Source: a virus
Lineage: Duplodnaviria > Heunggongvirae > Uroviricota > Caudoviricetes
Length of the DNA stretch: 64,000 nt
IMG/VR virus record: IMGVR_UViG_3300020576_001727
Location: 103,062 to 167,061 of that record
Reading direction: 5' to 3' (one strand)
Shown here piece after piece: positions 45,425 to 56,371 of the stretch (position 1 is its first letter; the number at the start of each line of letters is the position of its first letter). The position numbers and the translations under genes were made by a program. The notes beneath the pieces are model-generated. The model ran no database searches, was not told where the DNA came from, and saw nothing but the letters and a program-made list of their open reading frames with translations.

Positions 45425-45556
45425 AGACAGTGAGAATCTATCGAGCTAGAACAGAAGGCGAATTCAAAGTCAATACCTATTTTCAATATTTTGACTCAAT
45501 GAAGGAAGCCAAGAAATCTCCCTCCCGCGACCGTTGGCACTGCACTAAAGTTCGGT

Positions 45557-46201
45557 ATGAAAAGTTCGATGCCGAAAAAAATAAATGGATTCCCGCTTGA
45601 CTCTCTCTTAGACGCATGTTATTATTTTAATATAATGATTCGGGTGAGGGATGAAATGATTTATAACATAAATCTAGAACATTTCATTGCTACCAACGGA
45701 AAGTTGGGCTGGCGCGTTCTTGTTATTCTGGACGAGATTGTCCAGAAGTTTCCAAGCATTCCTTGGGATAAGTTGAAGATCACTTCATACAAGAGCAACG
45801 GCTATGGTGGGTATTTTACCCACAAGCCTTTTTCCTTGAACTTTTTTGTCAGTCCTTGGACGAGCAACAAGGATTTGCGCTTTCTTGTTTATCACGAAGT
45901 CGGTCATTTGCTGGACTATGTTCATGGTGACATGATGGTTGACGATCAGAACAAGGTTTATTTCAAGGGCAAGCTGCTGAATACCGAATTTGCCAATGAT
46001 GTTCTAGCCGAAGCGCAGATGCACGAATTGAATTGCAATGACGAAGATGCAAAGTTCATGATTCGGGTTTATGCCTCACTTCCTCTTGAATATTCAGCCA
46101 ACTGTTTCGCGGTTGCTCATTGTCCCTATGTTCCGGATGATGGTAATTTCGAAATTATGTATAAGGTCGCTAATGGAGAAATTCCGTTGTATCGGTTCTG
46201 A
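45557..46201 (+). CDS. putative zinc metallopeptidase (HExxH)
   Basis: LVYHEVGHLLDYVHGD. Confidence 0.4.
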   Translation: MKSSMPKKINGFPLDSLLDACYYFNIMIRVRDEMIYNINLEHFIATNGKLGWRVLVILDEIVQKFPSIPWDKLKITSYKSNGYGGYFTHKPFSLNFFVSPWTSNKDLRFLVYHEVGHLLDYVHGDMMVDDQNKVYFKGKLLNTEFANDVLAEAQMHELNCNDEDAKFMIRVYASLPLEYSANCFAVAHCPYVPDDGNFEIMYKVANGEIPLYRF

Positions 46202-46210
46202 TATATAATT

Positions 46211-46696
46211 GTGACGAAAGGTTTCTTTATGCGTCCAAACAACTATCTCATTCCTTGGGCTTTCGTCTGCTTTGATGTTTTCTTGGCAGTCGTCGCCTCC
46301 CAAATCGGTCTTTTCCAAATGATCATGTTGGATACCAGTTTCATTTCTCTTGGCATCTTCATCGTCTATCTTCTAGCCAATATACTGCCGTTCGCCTTGG
46401 TCTATTTCGACCGACACAATTCCAAGATTCGAGAATATATCGCCCGCGTGTCATGGTGGATTGTCAGTGCTTTCCCAATGTTTGGTATGTTAGGAACTGT
46501 GTTGGGTTTCTCTTGGCTTTTTTTGGACTTTTTTCAGGGAGATTTTTCCAACGTCGCTGGCGAAGAACTATTTCGTGAAAAAATTGGTCCGATGGGTTCG
46601 AACATTTTCATCGCGCTAATTTCTACGGCTTCCGGCATCGTCGCCACTGTTGCTCTTTCTCTAAAATTGGTGATCATGAACAATGCGGAAGAATAA
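46211..46696 (+). CDS. integral membrane protein (4 TM)
   Basis: hydrophobicity. Confidence 0.4.
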   Translation: MTKGFFMRPNNYLIPWAFVCFDVFLAVVASQIGLFQMIMLDTSFISLGIFIVYLLANILPFALVYFDRHNSKIREYIARVSWWIVSAFPMFGMLGTVLGFSWLFLDFFQGDFSNVAGEELFREKIGPMGSNIFIALISTASGIVATVALSLKLVIMNNAEE

Positions 46697-47258
46697 TCTC
46701 GCCATCGCTGTTTATATCGATCTGGTTTTCAATCTGGCGACGGCATTTATCGTTTTGTTCATGCTGGTAATCATGCTGATCAATCCGATTGCGAAACAAA
46801 ATGATATCGATACGGTTGACAATTTGATGATTACGCTTGACTGGAATAACGATTCCGGTTATGATATGGACTTACATTTCAAACAACCAGACGGCAGAGT
46901 CATTTTTTTCAATGATCGCGAATCGTTGCTGGCGTCTCTCGAAAGAGACGATCTAGGAAAGACGAACGATGTTGACGGCTTTGTGGTGAACCGGGAAGTT
47001 CTCCATATTCGCCATTTGGTTGACGGCAACTATGTGGTAAACGTTCATTTCTATTCAACCCCCGCTGGCGAAGCTTTGCCACAAAATATCGAAATCGAGT
47101 TTGTCAAAATCCAGCCTGACTATCGGATTTACGTCAAGAAGAAATTGACGATCCCATTGGTTGTAAAAGAAGAAGTAACGATGTTCTCGTTTTCGGTTGT
47201 GAATGGTGAAGTTGTGGTTCCGATTGATACGTCAACTCAATACAAAGTGGTGCGATGA
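46683..47258 (+). CDS. hypothetical protein with N-terminal TM
   Basis: ORF track. Confidence 0.4.
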   Translation: MRKNNLAIAVYIDLVFNLATAFIVLFMLVIMLINPIAKQNDIDTVDNLMITLDWNNDSGYDMDLHFKQPDGRVIFFNDRESLLASLERDDLGKTNDVDGFVVNREVLHIRHLVDGNYVVNVHFYSTPAGEALPQNIEIEFVKIQPDYRIYVKKKLTIPLVVKEEVTMFSFSVVNGEVVVPIDTSTQYKVVR

Positions 47259-47704
47259 TGGATTTTTTCTGGATTTTTGTCCTGTTTTTGTTGTTGGTTG
47301 CGGTTATTCCTCACTACGGAACCATTCTCAAATACTTCATTGTGGCGTCGGTTTGTCTCACTGTTTTGGTAGCATATAATCACGAAGCATCCTTGTATTT
47401 TAAGCCAATCGAAGGATATCCCAAGAGTGATATCGATTATACGTTCAATCATTACAAGTTCGTCGCCAACCCGGAAAGCACTGTTCCTGATATCATCGTA
47501 TGGCTTTCGGATGATGGTGAGAAGCAATATCTCTTCAAGTTTCCTTATGACGAAAAGTCAAAGGAATTGAAAAAGAAATATGATGAACTAAAAGCGAAAA
47601 ACGAAAGAGGGGAACCAACCCGTCACAGAATGCAGAATTATCAAAATCAGATTTATGATTTGATATTATCTCCAAATTTGATTGAAGGACAGACTAAGGA
47701 TTAA
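47255..47704 (+). CDS. hypothetical membrane-anchored protein
   Basis: ORF track. Confidence 0.4.
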   Translation: MMDFFWIFVLFLLLVAVIPHYGTILKYFIVASVCLTVLVAYNHEASLYFKPIEGYPKSDIDYTFNHYKFVANPESTVPDIIVWLSDDGEKQYLFKFPYDEKSKELKKKYDELKAKNERGEPTRHRMQNYQNQIYDLILSPNLIEGQTKD

Positions 47705-47916
47705 CATGAAGAATTTTCAAACACAGATTCTTGAAATCTTTTTTCACTATCGCCGTTTCGATTCGAAATGGGAAGTTCTAGGTAAGATTTTCGACACCGA
47801 AAATGTCTATTCTTATAAGAACGAACATGGAAAGACCGTCACTACTTCGCCCACAAAATGGGTTTGTATTGACGTTCTGGACAATCAAGATCAACTAGCT
47901 CAATATAAGGTATAAC

Positions 47917-48354
47917 ATGACTGAAAAGAATGATAAAATCAAATTGGTTGTCAATAATGACAATCCCGATTTCAAGAAAGACTTGAAGAATTCAACGGCT
48001 GACAAGCCAATCCTGAACGTTATCGAGAATGATAACAATCGCTATGCTGGCAAGGGAATGGTGAAGCTAGTTCGCTTGATCACTGGCGAAGTCATCATGG
48101 GCTTTTATAAGCCAAATGGAGACTACTCTGTCAGAATTTCCGATCCTGTCTTGGTTCATGCAATGGCTGATCAGAGTGGACAGATGCGCTTGGGAATGAT
48201 GCCTTATATGGCATACTCCAAGGATGAAAGCTTCGAATTCAGCTTGGTGAACATCTTGAATGTTGCCAATCCAGCCGATGGCTTGAAGCAACAGTATATC
48301 CAGTCAATGACTGGTTTGATCCTTCCGGAACAAGGAAGCGGTTTGGTTCTATAA
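47917..48354 (+). CDS. hypothetical protein
   Basis: ORF track. Confidence 0.4.
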   Translation: MTEKNDKIKLVVNNDNPDFKKDLKNSTADKPILNVIENDNNRYAGKGMVKLVRLITGEVIMGFYKPNGDYSVRISDPVLVHAMADQSGQMRLGMMPYMAYSKDESFEFSLVNILNVANPADGLKQQYIQSMTGLILPEQGSGLVL

Positions 48355-48842
48355 TGTGTGAGTTAACTCACAAAAGATTATGTTCTATATTGAATTATGA
48401 TCCGTTAACAGGACATTTTTCTAGAAAAACAAAGAGAAGAACGAATGCTTTCGGGACGATAGGAAACTATCGTCCCGATGGCTATCTTGTTATATCTATA
48501 GACAAAAAACTATACCTTGCTCATAGATTGGCTTGGTTCTTTGTAACCGGCAAATGGCCAAAAGAAACAATCGACCATATAAATTGCGATAAATCAGATA
48601 ATCGATGGTGCAACTTGCGAGAGGCGTCATTGACTCAAAACAATTTCAATGTTGGAATATTCAAAACCAATACGACTGGCTATAAGGGTGTCTCAAAAGC
48701 CAAATTTGGAAAATATAGAGCGGTCATTAGTTTAAATAATAAACAACTTCATTTAGGAACATTTGATACGCCAGAAGAAGCATATCAAGTTTATTGTCAA
48801 AAAGCATTTGAATTAAGAGAAGAGTTTACTAACGTTGGGTAA
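48354..48842 (+). CDS. HNH endonuclease with AP2-like DNA-binding domain
   Basis: LAHRLAWFFVTGKWPKETIDHINCDKSDNRWCNL; YKGVSKAKFGKYRAVI. Confidence 0.6.
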   Translation: MCELTHKRLCSILNYDPLTGHFSRKTKRRTNAFGTIGNYRPDGYLVISIDKKLYLAHRLAWFFVTGKWPKETIDHINCDKSDNRWCNLREASLTQNNFNVGIFKTNTTGYKGVSKAKFGKYRAVISLNNKQLHLGTFDTPEEAYQVYCQKAFELREEFTNVG

Positions 48843-49368
48843 AAGATCAAATTTTGAAAAAATTACTAAAGATCAATATTATACAATCGATATTAGGGCA
48901 GTAAATACACTGCTTCCATATCTGAAAGAAAAAACAAAATTCATAGAACCATGTGCCGGGTCTGGAATGTTGATAGATCAATTAGGAAAAAATGGCCATA
49001 CATGCGTCTATGCTTGTGATATTGATCCAAAACGAGAAGATATATTTCAAAAAGATGTTTTTGAAATCGAAAGTTTTGATGTCGATTTTGATTGTATAAT
49101 TACTAATCCATGTTGGACTAGAAAAATCCTGCATCCGATGATTGAGAAGTTCTTGTCTCTGACTGACAAGCCTGTTTGGCTGCTTTTCGATGCTGATTGG
49201 ATGCATACTAAACAGTCCGCCGCCTTGATGCAGCATTGCCTAAGCGTTGTCTCTATCGGTCGCCTGATATGGATTCCCGATACCACAATGTCTGGAAAGG
49301 ACAATTGTTGCTGGTATCAATTTTCGCGAGAAAAGGTGCGAACGTCTTTTTATGGGAGAAAATCATGA
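48835..49368 (+). CDS. putative DNA methyltransferase (amino-MTase-like)
   Basis: motif I EPCAGSG, motif IV-like ITNPCW. Confidence 0.4.
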   Translation: MGKRSNFEKITKDQYYTIDIRAVNTLLPYLKEKTKFIEPCAGSGMLIDQLGKNGHTCVYACDIDPKREDIFQKDVFEIESFDVDFDCIITNPCWTRKILHPMIEKFLSLTDKPVWLLFDADWMHTKQSAALMQHCLSVVSIGRLIWIPDTTMSGKDNCCWYQFSREKVRTSFYGRKS

Positions 49369-49628
49369 AAGTGGAATTCAAAGTGACGTATGACACAGAG
49401 ACAGAAAAAATTGGAATTGATCCTCTTAGTGATAATGTCGATCTTCGCCATTCGGGTTCTAGTTATTTGAGAATTAGAGATTTGACCAAAAAAGTTTCTG
49501 ATTTAAATGAATATGGAGTGAACGATCCTGTATATACATCAATTGGCACTGTGGGTCATGCAGTCCATTCGGGAAACGCCAGCCATAGAACTTTGACTAT
49601 ATGGTTTTATGGAAATGACGGTCGATAA
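49365..49628 (+). CDS. hypothetical protein
   Basis: ORF track (internal ATG with spacing). Confidence 0.35.
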   Translation: MKVEFKVTYDTETEKIGIDPLSDNVDLRHSGSSYLRIRDLTKKVSDLNEYGVNDPVYTSIGTVGHAVHSGNASHRTLTIWFYGNDGR

Positions 49629-49674
49629 AAAATTTTTCTTGCAATCCGATAACCGATTGGTCTATAATCCATAA

Positions 49675-52209
49675 ATGCATAATTTTTACACCAACGTTCA
49701 AACCCATTTCGGGAAAATCCTCTTTCGCGGCGTCATGAACGGTAATCGAGTTTCCAAGAGATTCGATTACCGTCCTTGTTTGTTTGTTCCCGACGAAGCA
49801 GGAGAGTATCAGACGATCAAGGGAAAGTTCTGTGCCAAGCGCGAATTCTCTCGAATTTCGGAGGCACGGAAATTCATTCGAGAAATGGGAGAAATTCCCA
49901 ACTTTCCAGTCTATGGAATGCGTCGTTTCGAATATCCGTTCATCAATGAACATTTCTCGGAAGATATCAATTTCGATATCAACAAAATTCTCGTCGCTCG
50001 AATCGATATCGAAGTCATGTCCGACAACGGCTTTCCAGAACCGGAACGCGCCGATGATGAAATTACCGCCATCACAATCAAGCTGAACAATCACATTCAT
50101 GTTTTCGGAATTAAGCCGTTCATCCATGAACGGAAGGATTTGACGTATTATAGATGCGCTGATGAAATCGAATTGATTGAAAAATTCATGTCTCTCTGGA
50201 CTTCGGACCATCCCGATATCGTGACAGGATGGTTTATCGAAGGATTCGACATTCCTTACCTGATCAATCGTATCGGCAAGGTAATGGGCGAAGATGTAAT
50301 GAAGAAGCTGTCGCCGTGGGGAGAGATTTCGGAAAAAACCAATTTCTTCAAGGGGCGTGAACAGAAGACATACAACATTCTTGGAGTCGCCATCCTCGAT
50401 TCTATCGAACTCTATAAGAGATACAGTCCCAAGGGAATGAGTCAAGATAGTTATGCCTTGGATAATATCGGCTTGGTTGAATTGAAAGAAAGAAAGACCG
50501 ACTATTCGGCATATGGCAATCTGAACGATCTTTATAAGAAAAATCCACAACTCTATTATGAATACAACATTCAAGACGTTGAATTGGATGAAAAAATTGC
50601 CAAGAAATATGACGTGATCCGTCTCGCCTTGACCATCGCTTACATGAACAAGGTTAATTACGAGGATATTTTCAAACAGGTTCGTATGTGGGCTGCAATT
50701 GTCGATAGAACTTTGTTGGAAAAAAAGATTGTTCTTGATCATAACCTTGATACCAGTCGCGGTCAATATTCGGGCGGGTTCGTCAAGGAACCGGTTCCGG
50801 GAATGTATGACTGGATTGTCTCATTCGACTTGAACTCTCTTTACCCTCACTTGATTATGCAATATAACATTTCCCCGGAAACGCTGGTTGAACCAAGCGA
50901 ATATACGCCGGGAATGCGTTCCATCCTGAACCAATCCATTAGCGTTGAACGGCTTTTGGAAAAAGGCGTCGATACGTCCAAGTTGAAAGACGAAGGCGTG
51001 ACACTCACTCCAAACAAGCAACTGTTTCGAACGGACAAGCGCGGGTTTTTGCCGGAAATCATGCAGAAAATGTATGATGACCGTAAAAAATACAAGAAAA
51101 TGCAGATCGAATTTTCCAAACAAGCGCAAGTTGCCAAGACCGAAACGGAAAAGGAACGTCTTAAGGACGAATCAGCCAAATATAAGTCGATTCAGGAAGC
51201 TTTGAAGGTATGTCTCAATTCGGCTTACGGTGCTTTGGGTTCGGAATATTTTGTCATTTATGATACTCGGATGGCGGAAGCTATTACGTCTGGCGGTCGC
51301 CTGTCAATCCAATGGGTGGGCAATGATATCAACCAAAATCTGCAAAAACTGACAAAGACAACCGACGATTTTGTTCTTGCCCAAGACACAGATTCTATGT
51401 ATCTCGTTTTGGAGAAAATCGTCAACGTCGCATTTGAAGGAAAAAATCCAAGCAAGGAAAAAGTTGTTGATTTTCTAGATAAAATCTGCGAAGATACTAT
51501 TCAGAAGATGATTGATAAATCCTTCATCGAATTGAAGGATTATCTAAACGCATATGAACAAAAAATGTTCATGAAGCGGGAAAATATCGCTTCGATGGGT
51601 GTCTGGACAGGAAAGAAACGCTATTTCCTGAATGTCTATGATTCCGAAGGTGTTCGCTATAAAAAGCCGGAAATCAAGATCACTGGACTAGAGCCGGTTC
51701 GATCTTCGGTTCCTATCACCGCTCGAAATGCGATGAAAAAGTGCTATAAAATCATCGCAGAGAAGAACCAAATCAAGCTGCACAAGTTCATCGCTCGAAT
51801 CAAGCGAAACTGGCACAAAGCCGATTTGAATCGAATTTCGTTCCCTGTCGGTGTCAATGGGTTGGATAAGTATTCCGATCACAAAACAATTTGGTCGAAA
51901 GGAACTCCTGAACACGTTCGCGCCTGTCTGATCTATAATCATCTGATCAAAGAGAACGGCTTGGACAAGAAATACGAAACCATCAAAAACGGCAATAAAA
52001 TCAGATATGTCTATATGAAAGAACCAAATCCTTTGAGAACAGACGTGATTGCCTATGAAAAGACACTCCCAACCGAACTGGAAATAAGACAACATATTGA
52101 TTATCGAGCGTGTTACGAAAAGGCGTTTGGTAAGCCAATGGACGATCTTCTCTCCAAATTCGGCTGGACTTCCAAGAAAACCAACTCACTCGATAAATTT
52201 TTCATGTAA
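49675..52209 (+). CDS. gp43: DNA polymerase, family B (T4 gp43-like)
   Basis: exo motif DIEV, DLNSLYPH, KxxxNSxYG, YGDTDS-type LAQDTDSMY, KKRY. Confidence 0.85.
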   Translation: MHNFYTNVQTHFGKILFRGVMNGNRVSKRFDYRPCLFVPDEAGEYQTIKGKFCAKREFSRISEARKFIREMGEIPNFPVYGMRRFEYPFINEHFSEDINFDINKILVARIDIEVMSDNGFPEPERADDEITAITIKLNNHIHVFGIKPFIHERKDLTYYRCADEIELIEKFMSLWTSDHPDIVTGWFIEGFDIPYLINRIGKVMGEDVMKKLSPWGEISEKTNFFKGREQKTYNILGVAILDSIELYKRYSPKGMSQDSYALDNIGLVELKERKTDYSAYGNLNDLYKKNPQLYYEYNIQDVELDEKIAKKYDVIRLALTIAYMNKVNYEDIFKQVRMWAAIVDRTLLEKKIVLDHNLDTSRGQYSGGFVKEPVPGMYDWIVSFDLNSLYPHLIMQYNISPETLVEPSEYTPGMRSILNQSISVERLLEKGVDTSKLKDEGVTLTPNKQLFRTDKRGFLPEIMQKMYDDRKKYKKMQIEFSKQAQVAKTETEKERLKDESAKYKSIQEALKVCLNSAYGALGSEYFVIYDTRMAEAITSGGRLSIQWVGNDINQNLQKLTKTTDDFVLAQDTDSMYLVLEKIVNVAFEGKNPSKEKVVDFLDKICEDTIQKMIDKSFIELKDYLNAYEQKMFMKRENIASMGVWTGKKRYFLNVYDSEGVRYKKPEIKITGLEPVRSSVPITARNAMKKCYKIIAEKNQIKLHKFIARIKRNWHKADLNRISFPVGVNGLDKYSDHKTIWSKGTPEHVRACLIYNHLIKENGLDKKYETIKNGNKIRYVYMKEPNPLRTDVIAYEKTLPTELEIRQHIDYRACYEKAFGKPMDDLLSKFGWTSKKTNSLDKFFM

Positions 52210-52219
52210 AGGAATATAA

Positions 52220-53287
52220 ATGGCAAAAAAAGAAGTCAAGGTAACAGGTTCTCTAAAAGAACGTATTCTAAAAAATTCCACTAGCAAATATGCTGCAATG
52301 ATTGGGGAATCGGAAATTTATGACAAGCGTTGGACGGCTTCGACCAATATTCCTCTAATGGACGTAGCTGTTTCTGGAAAAATGAATGGTGGTTTCCAGC
52401 CGGGATTTACTGTTATTGCGGGTCCGTCCAAGCATTTCAAGACTGGTTTTTGTCTCGAATTCGCGGCTGCTTTCCAACGCAAGTTTCCAGAAGGTATTGT
52501 CATTTTCTATGATTCGGAATTTGGGTCGCCTCCTGCATACTTCGCTTCACGCGGAGTCGATATGGATAGAGTGATTCATATTCCAATCACGAATATTGAG
52601 GATTTGCAATTCGATATTGCTTCGCAACTGGATAATATTGAAAGAAACGAGCCTGTTTTCATCATGGTTGACTCGTTGGGCAATCTTCCTTCCAAGAAAG
52701 AAAAGGAAGACATGTTGAAACAGGATATCAAGGCTGACATGGGCGTTCGCTCCAAAGCCTTCAAATCTCTTTTCCGCGTCATTACTCCAATGTTGAATTT
52801 GAAAAATATTCCGATGTTCGGTATTGCCCATGTTTACGATACGATGGAAATGTTTTCGAAAAAGGTCGTATCGGGTGGAACTGGCATCATGCTTTCTGCT
52901 GATAACGTCTGGATTGTCGGTCGCGAACAATACAAGGAAGGAACCGAAATCAAGGGTTATAATTTCAACATCAATATCGAAAAGTCTCGATTTGTCAAGG
53001 AAAAATCCAAGTTTCAAATCGAAGTTCGTTGGGATGGTGGTATCAACAAGTATTCAGGCATTATCGATCTAGCTATTGAAGCTGGAATTGTTGTTCGACC
53101 AACTCTTCAGACATATCAATTGTTTGGTGTTGACTATAAGAAGAGAGAACTTCTGGACGCGGATACTAATGCACTTGAAAAATTGCTTCATGATCCATCT
53201 TTCATAGCCTTTGTGGAAGACAAATACCGCATTCCGGACGGACAACATTTCAAGGAAGTGGAGATTCCAGATGACGATATTGAGTGA
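52220..53287 (+). CDS. uvsX: UvsX recombinase (RecA-like)
   Basis: LKNSTSKYAA, AGPSKHFKT, IFYDSEFG match T4 UvsX. Confidence 0.8.
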   Translation: MAKKEVKVTGSLKERILKNSTSKYAAMIGESEIYDKRWTASTNIPLMDVAVSGKMNGGFQPGFTVIAGPSKHFKTGFCLEFAAAFQRKFPEGIVIFYDSEFGSPPAYFASRGVDMDRVIHIPITNIEDLQFDIASQLDNIERNEPVFIMVDSLGNLPSKKEKEDMLKQDIKADMGVRSKAFKSLFRVITPMLNLKNIPMFGIAHVYDTMEMFSKKVVSGGTGIMLSADNVWIVGREQYKEGTEIKGYNFNINIEKSRFVKEKSKFQIEVRWDGGINKYSGIIDLAIEAGIVVRPTLQTYQLFGVDYKKRELLDADTNALEKLLHDPSFIAFVEDKYRIPDGQHFKEVEIPDDDIE

Positions 53288-53636
53288 CAAACGCCGATTT
53301 GAGAATGTCGATTACAAATTTCGAGACGATTTAATCAAAAATATCAACGATTTCACTCCGATTGAAATTTTGGTTGAACCATACAAAGGAATTGTTTATC
53401 ATTATGAGAATGTAATTTTGAGGGGCGAAGAACACAACCAATTAGGGTTTACTGTGATTTTTGTTCAAGGTGAAGCTGATCTAAAAGACCCCGCTTTCGT
53501 CCAGTTGGCGGGGGATATCCTACTCTCAATCTTCATCGAAGGCAAAGGCTATAATGAATCTAGAAAAGACAATCTTAAAAAATCTCGTTCAAAACGACAA
53601 ATTCGCGCAAAAAGTCCTGCCGTATCTAAAGGTTAA
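53271..53636 (+). CDS. hypothetical protein at T4 gene 40 position
   Basis: synteny uvsX-40-41 only. Confidence 0.3.
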   Translation: MTILSDKRRFENVDYKFRDDLIKNINDFTPIEILVEPYKGIVYHYENVILRGEEHNQLGFTVIFVQGEADLKDPAFVQLAGDILLSIFIEGKGYNESRKDNLKKSRSKRQIRAKSPAVSKG

Positions 53637-54918
53637 GTATTTTCATGATGCAGTCGAAAAGCGGCTGTTCATGGAAATCAAGGATTTCATTCTTCAATAC
53701 AACAAAAGCCCGGAATATGACATTCTCGATTTGGAGTTGCAACAGTCTAAGGGAATGACTGAAGAGTCGTTGAAAGAATGTCAGAAAGTCATTGCCGATA
53801 TCAAGGCGGATAACTCTCCAATCAATTTGGATTGGCTTGTGGATAGCACCGAAAAGTTCTGTAAGAACAAGGCTATCTATAACGCCATGCTGGAATCTAT
53901 GGAAATTATCGAGGGAAAGAACAAGCAAAAGCAGGAAGGCGAAATCCCTGTCTTGCTTCAAGAGGCATTGTCTATTTCGTTCGATCCGAATGTTGGACAT
54001 GACTATTTTGGCGACATTACCAAACAGTATGAATTCTATCATAAGATTGAAAACATTATCAAATTCAACATGAATTCATTCAACAAGATGACAAATGGCG
54101 GTCTTCCGGAAAAGACGTTTACATGTATTCTTGGAGGAATTCACGTAGGTAAGACTCTCGCCATGTGTTCAATCGCTGCGGACTATCTTACCCAAGGCTA
54201 TGACGTTCTCTATATTTCCTTGGAAATGGCGGAAGAACAAATAGTTCATCGTATTGACGCCAACTTGATGAACATGAATTTGAAAGATATCAAGGCTCTT
54301 CCAAAAGACGAGTATATTCGTAAAGCTAGTGTTCTGAAATCCAAGACAAACGGTCAATTGATCGTCAAGGAATTTCCTACAGGTGGAGCGGGTGCTTTGC
54401 ACTTCAAGGCTCTTCTGGACGAATTGCGCTTGAAGAAGAATTTCAAGCCTCATATCATTTTCATCGATTATATCAATCTGTGCATGTCCAGCCGGTTGAA
54501 GCCGGGAACGACTAATTCGTATGGATATATCAAGGCGATTGCAGAAGAGTTGCGCGGTTTGGCGGTTTCCTTCAACACTCGTATCTTTACCGCAACCCAA
54601 GTCAATCGAGACGGCTTCAAGTCGTCGGATATCGACTTGACCAATACGGCTGAATCCTTTGGATTGCCCGCAACGGCTGACTTGATGTTTGGTATCATCC
54701 GAACCGAAGATTTGGACAAGCTTGGACAAGTTCTGATTATTCAGATGAAAAACCGCTTCGAGTCAATGGGCATCATGCCTCGTTTCGTCATAGGAGTGGA
54801 TTTGCTGCGAATGAAGCTGTTTGATGTGGAATCGTCTGCCCAAAAGGATTTGATTGATCCTGATATTGGCAGAGTGGTGAAGGAAAACAAGAAAGAATTT
54901 GGAGATTTCAAATGGTGA
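53554..54918 (+). CDS. gp41: replicative DNA helicase (T4 gp41 / DnaB-like)
   Basis: N-term matches gp41; Walker A GGIHVGKT, RecA-like core. Confidence 0.75.
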   Translation: MNLEKTILKNLVQNDKFAQKVLPYLKVKYFHDAVEKRLFMEIKDFILQYNKSPEYDILDLELQQSKGMTEESLKECQKVIADIKADNSPINLDWLVDSTEKFCKNKAIYNAMLESMEIIEGKNKQKQEGEIPVLLQEALSISFDPNVGHDYFGDITKQYEFYHKIENIIKFNMNSFNKMTNGGLPEKTFTCILGGIHVGKTLAMCSIAADYLTQGYDVLYISLEMAEEQIVHRIDANLMNMNLKDIKALPKDEYIRKASVLKSKTNGQLIVKEFPTGGAGALHFKALLDELRLKKNFKPHIIFIDYINLCMSSRLKPGTTNSYGYIKAIAEELRGLAVSFNTRIFTATQVNRDGFKSSDIDLTNTAESFGLPATADLMFGIIRTEDLDKLGQVLIIQMKNRFESMGIMPRFVIGVDLLRMKLFDVESSAQKDLIDPDIGRVVKENKKEFGDFKW

Positions 54919-55208
54919 TCGATGAAGCAACCGATAAGGCGTTTGATCGTTACAGAGACATGTTGACAAACAGGGGTGTTCATCCTTATAATCATGCTGA
55001 TAAGGATTTTTCCAAGCTGACTCGAAAAGAGCAATTGGAACACGCATATTGGATGTGTGATGAAGTTTTGAAGTTGGAAAATCGTCATTGGTCTGTGGAT
55101 AAGCGCCATAGATGGCTAGGATTCTGTCAAGCTGTTTTAATTATAAATGGACTCACGACAATCGAAAAAGAGCGCAATATAACAAGACCTTGGTTTAATC
55201 CTCAATAA
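54912..55208 (+). CDS. hypothetical protein
   Basis: ORF track. Confidence 0.35.
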   Translation: MVIDEATDKAFDRYRDMLTNRGVHPYNHADKDFSKLTRKEQLEHAYWMCDEVLKLENRHWSVDKRHRWLGFCQAVLIINGLTTIEKERNITRPWFNPQ

Positions 55209-55870
55209 TTTCCCTTGCCATATAATCTCGCTTTGCGTAAATTTTCTTTGTGTTCTTCTGAAAATTTCATGCCTTTTCTGCTTTTTGATATTTTGTCTTT
55301 GTGTTCTTGGGAATATTTTTTGTTTTTATGAGTCAATGAAATTTTCATTCGTCCTTCTAATGTAAAAATCCTTTTGACCGTTCTTGCATTTTCTGTGAGT
55401 TTTGAAATAGTTTCTTCCGAATGTTTTTTACCAGTTAGAGATTTTCGAATTTTTTCTTTGGTTTCTGTCGAATGGTTAATTTTTTGTTTGGCTCTGGCTT
55501 CTCTAATTTTTTGTTTGGTTTCTTCCGAATGTTTCTTACCTAACATATTTTTGTTTCCGTAAGGAATTGAATAGAAATTTGTTTGTGTGATGCATTGATT
55601 AATATACATAGAATTTTTATGCACTTGAAATGCCAACTGAAATTTCTTTTCTTTGTTATTAGCTTCTTCTTTGCTGTTATGATAACTTAGAATGGTTGTT
55701 TTAAATAAATGTGGGTTTTCTTTTAATTCGGCTTTCCATATCGATTGATATAATTTAGATTGGACCGAACCATGATAACCCTTTTGGATTCGTTTAATGT
55801 AGGTGTGGCCAATATAGAATGGCGGCATTTTGTTTCCTGTATATACAGTAAGATATGTGCAGTATGTCAT
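55202..55870 (-). CDS. GIY-YIG homing endonuclease with NUMOD3 repeats
   Basis: PPFYIGHTYIKRIQKGYHGS; repeats GKKHSEETKQKI. Confidence 0.6.
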   Translation of the reverse strand: MTYCTYLTVYTGNKMPPFYIGHTYIKRIQKGYHGSVQSKLYQSIWKAELKENPHLFKTTILSYHNSKEEANNKEKKFQLAFQVHKNSMYINQCITQTNFYSIPYGNKNMLGKKHSEETKQKIREARAKQKINHSTETKEKIRKSLTGKKHSEETISKLTENARTVKRIFTLEGRMKISLTHKNKKYSQEHKDKISKSRKGMKFSEEHKENLRKARLYGKGNY

Positions 55871-55903
55871 TTCTAATCCTAACTAACTAGTCTATTTATT
55901 GAT

Positions 55904-56371
55904 TTGGATATTTATATGAAGGTTTTGTTTTTGGATTGTGACGGCGTTCTTAACTCGAATCGATCCGGCTCTTTCCTTGCCTTGTCGAAACCCGCTTTGC
56001 GTCGTCTGGAAAGAATCGTCAAGGAAACTGGTTGTAAGATCGTCCTTTCTTCGACTTGGAGAAAAGACGAAAGAGCATTTCGCCGCTTGACTCGCGTATT
56101 GTCTTATCGTGGTTTGTCGATCTTTGATAGAACTCCTGTCATGTGGAAAAATGACCAAACAGGAGACAGATATTTTCGCGGTCATGAAATCCAAACGTGG
56201 TTGGACAATCATCCGGAAGTTACCGAATATTGCATTGTTGATGATGATGGTGACATGCTGGATTCTCAATTGCGAAATTTTATCCAAACCACGATGGAAC
56301 ATGGCTTGACAGATACCCATGCATACCGTATAATTTACATTCTGAATAATGGACCTAGAAATATAACATGA
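55904..56371 (+). CDS. HAD-superfamily phosphatase (polynucleotide 3'-phosphatase-like)
   Basis: motif I FLDCDGVL, motif II SSTW. Confidence 0.45.
   Translation: MDIYMKVLFLDCDGVLNSNRSGSFLALSKPALRRLERIVKETGCKIVLSSTWRKDERAFRRLTRVLSYRGLSIFDRTPVMWKNDQTGDRYFRGHEIQTWLDNHPEVTEYCIVDDDGDMLDSQLRNFIQTTMEHGLTDTHAYRIIYILNNGPRNIT

Noticed and set aside
49597-50766. Minus ORF 49597..50766 (389 aa)
   Set aside because: Antisense to the well-supported DNA polymerase gene; no recognizable motifs.
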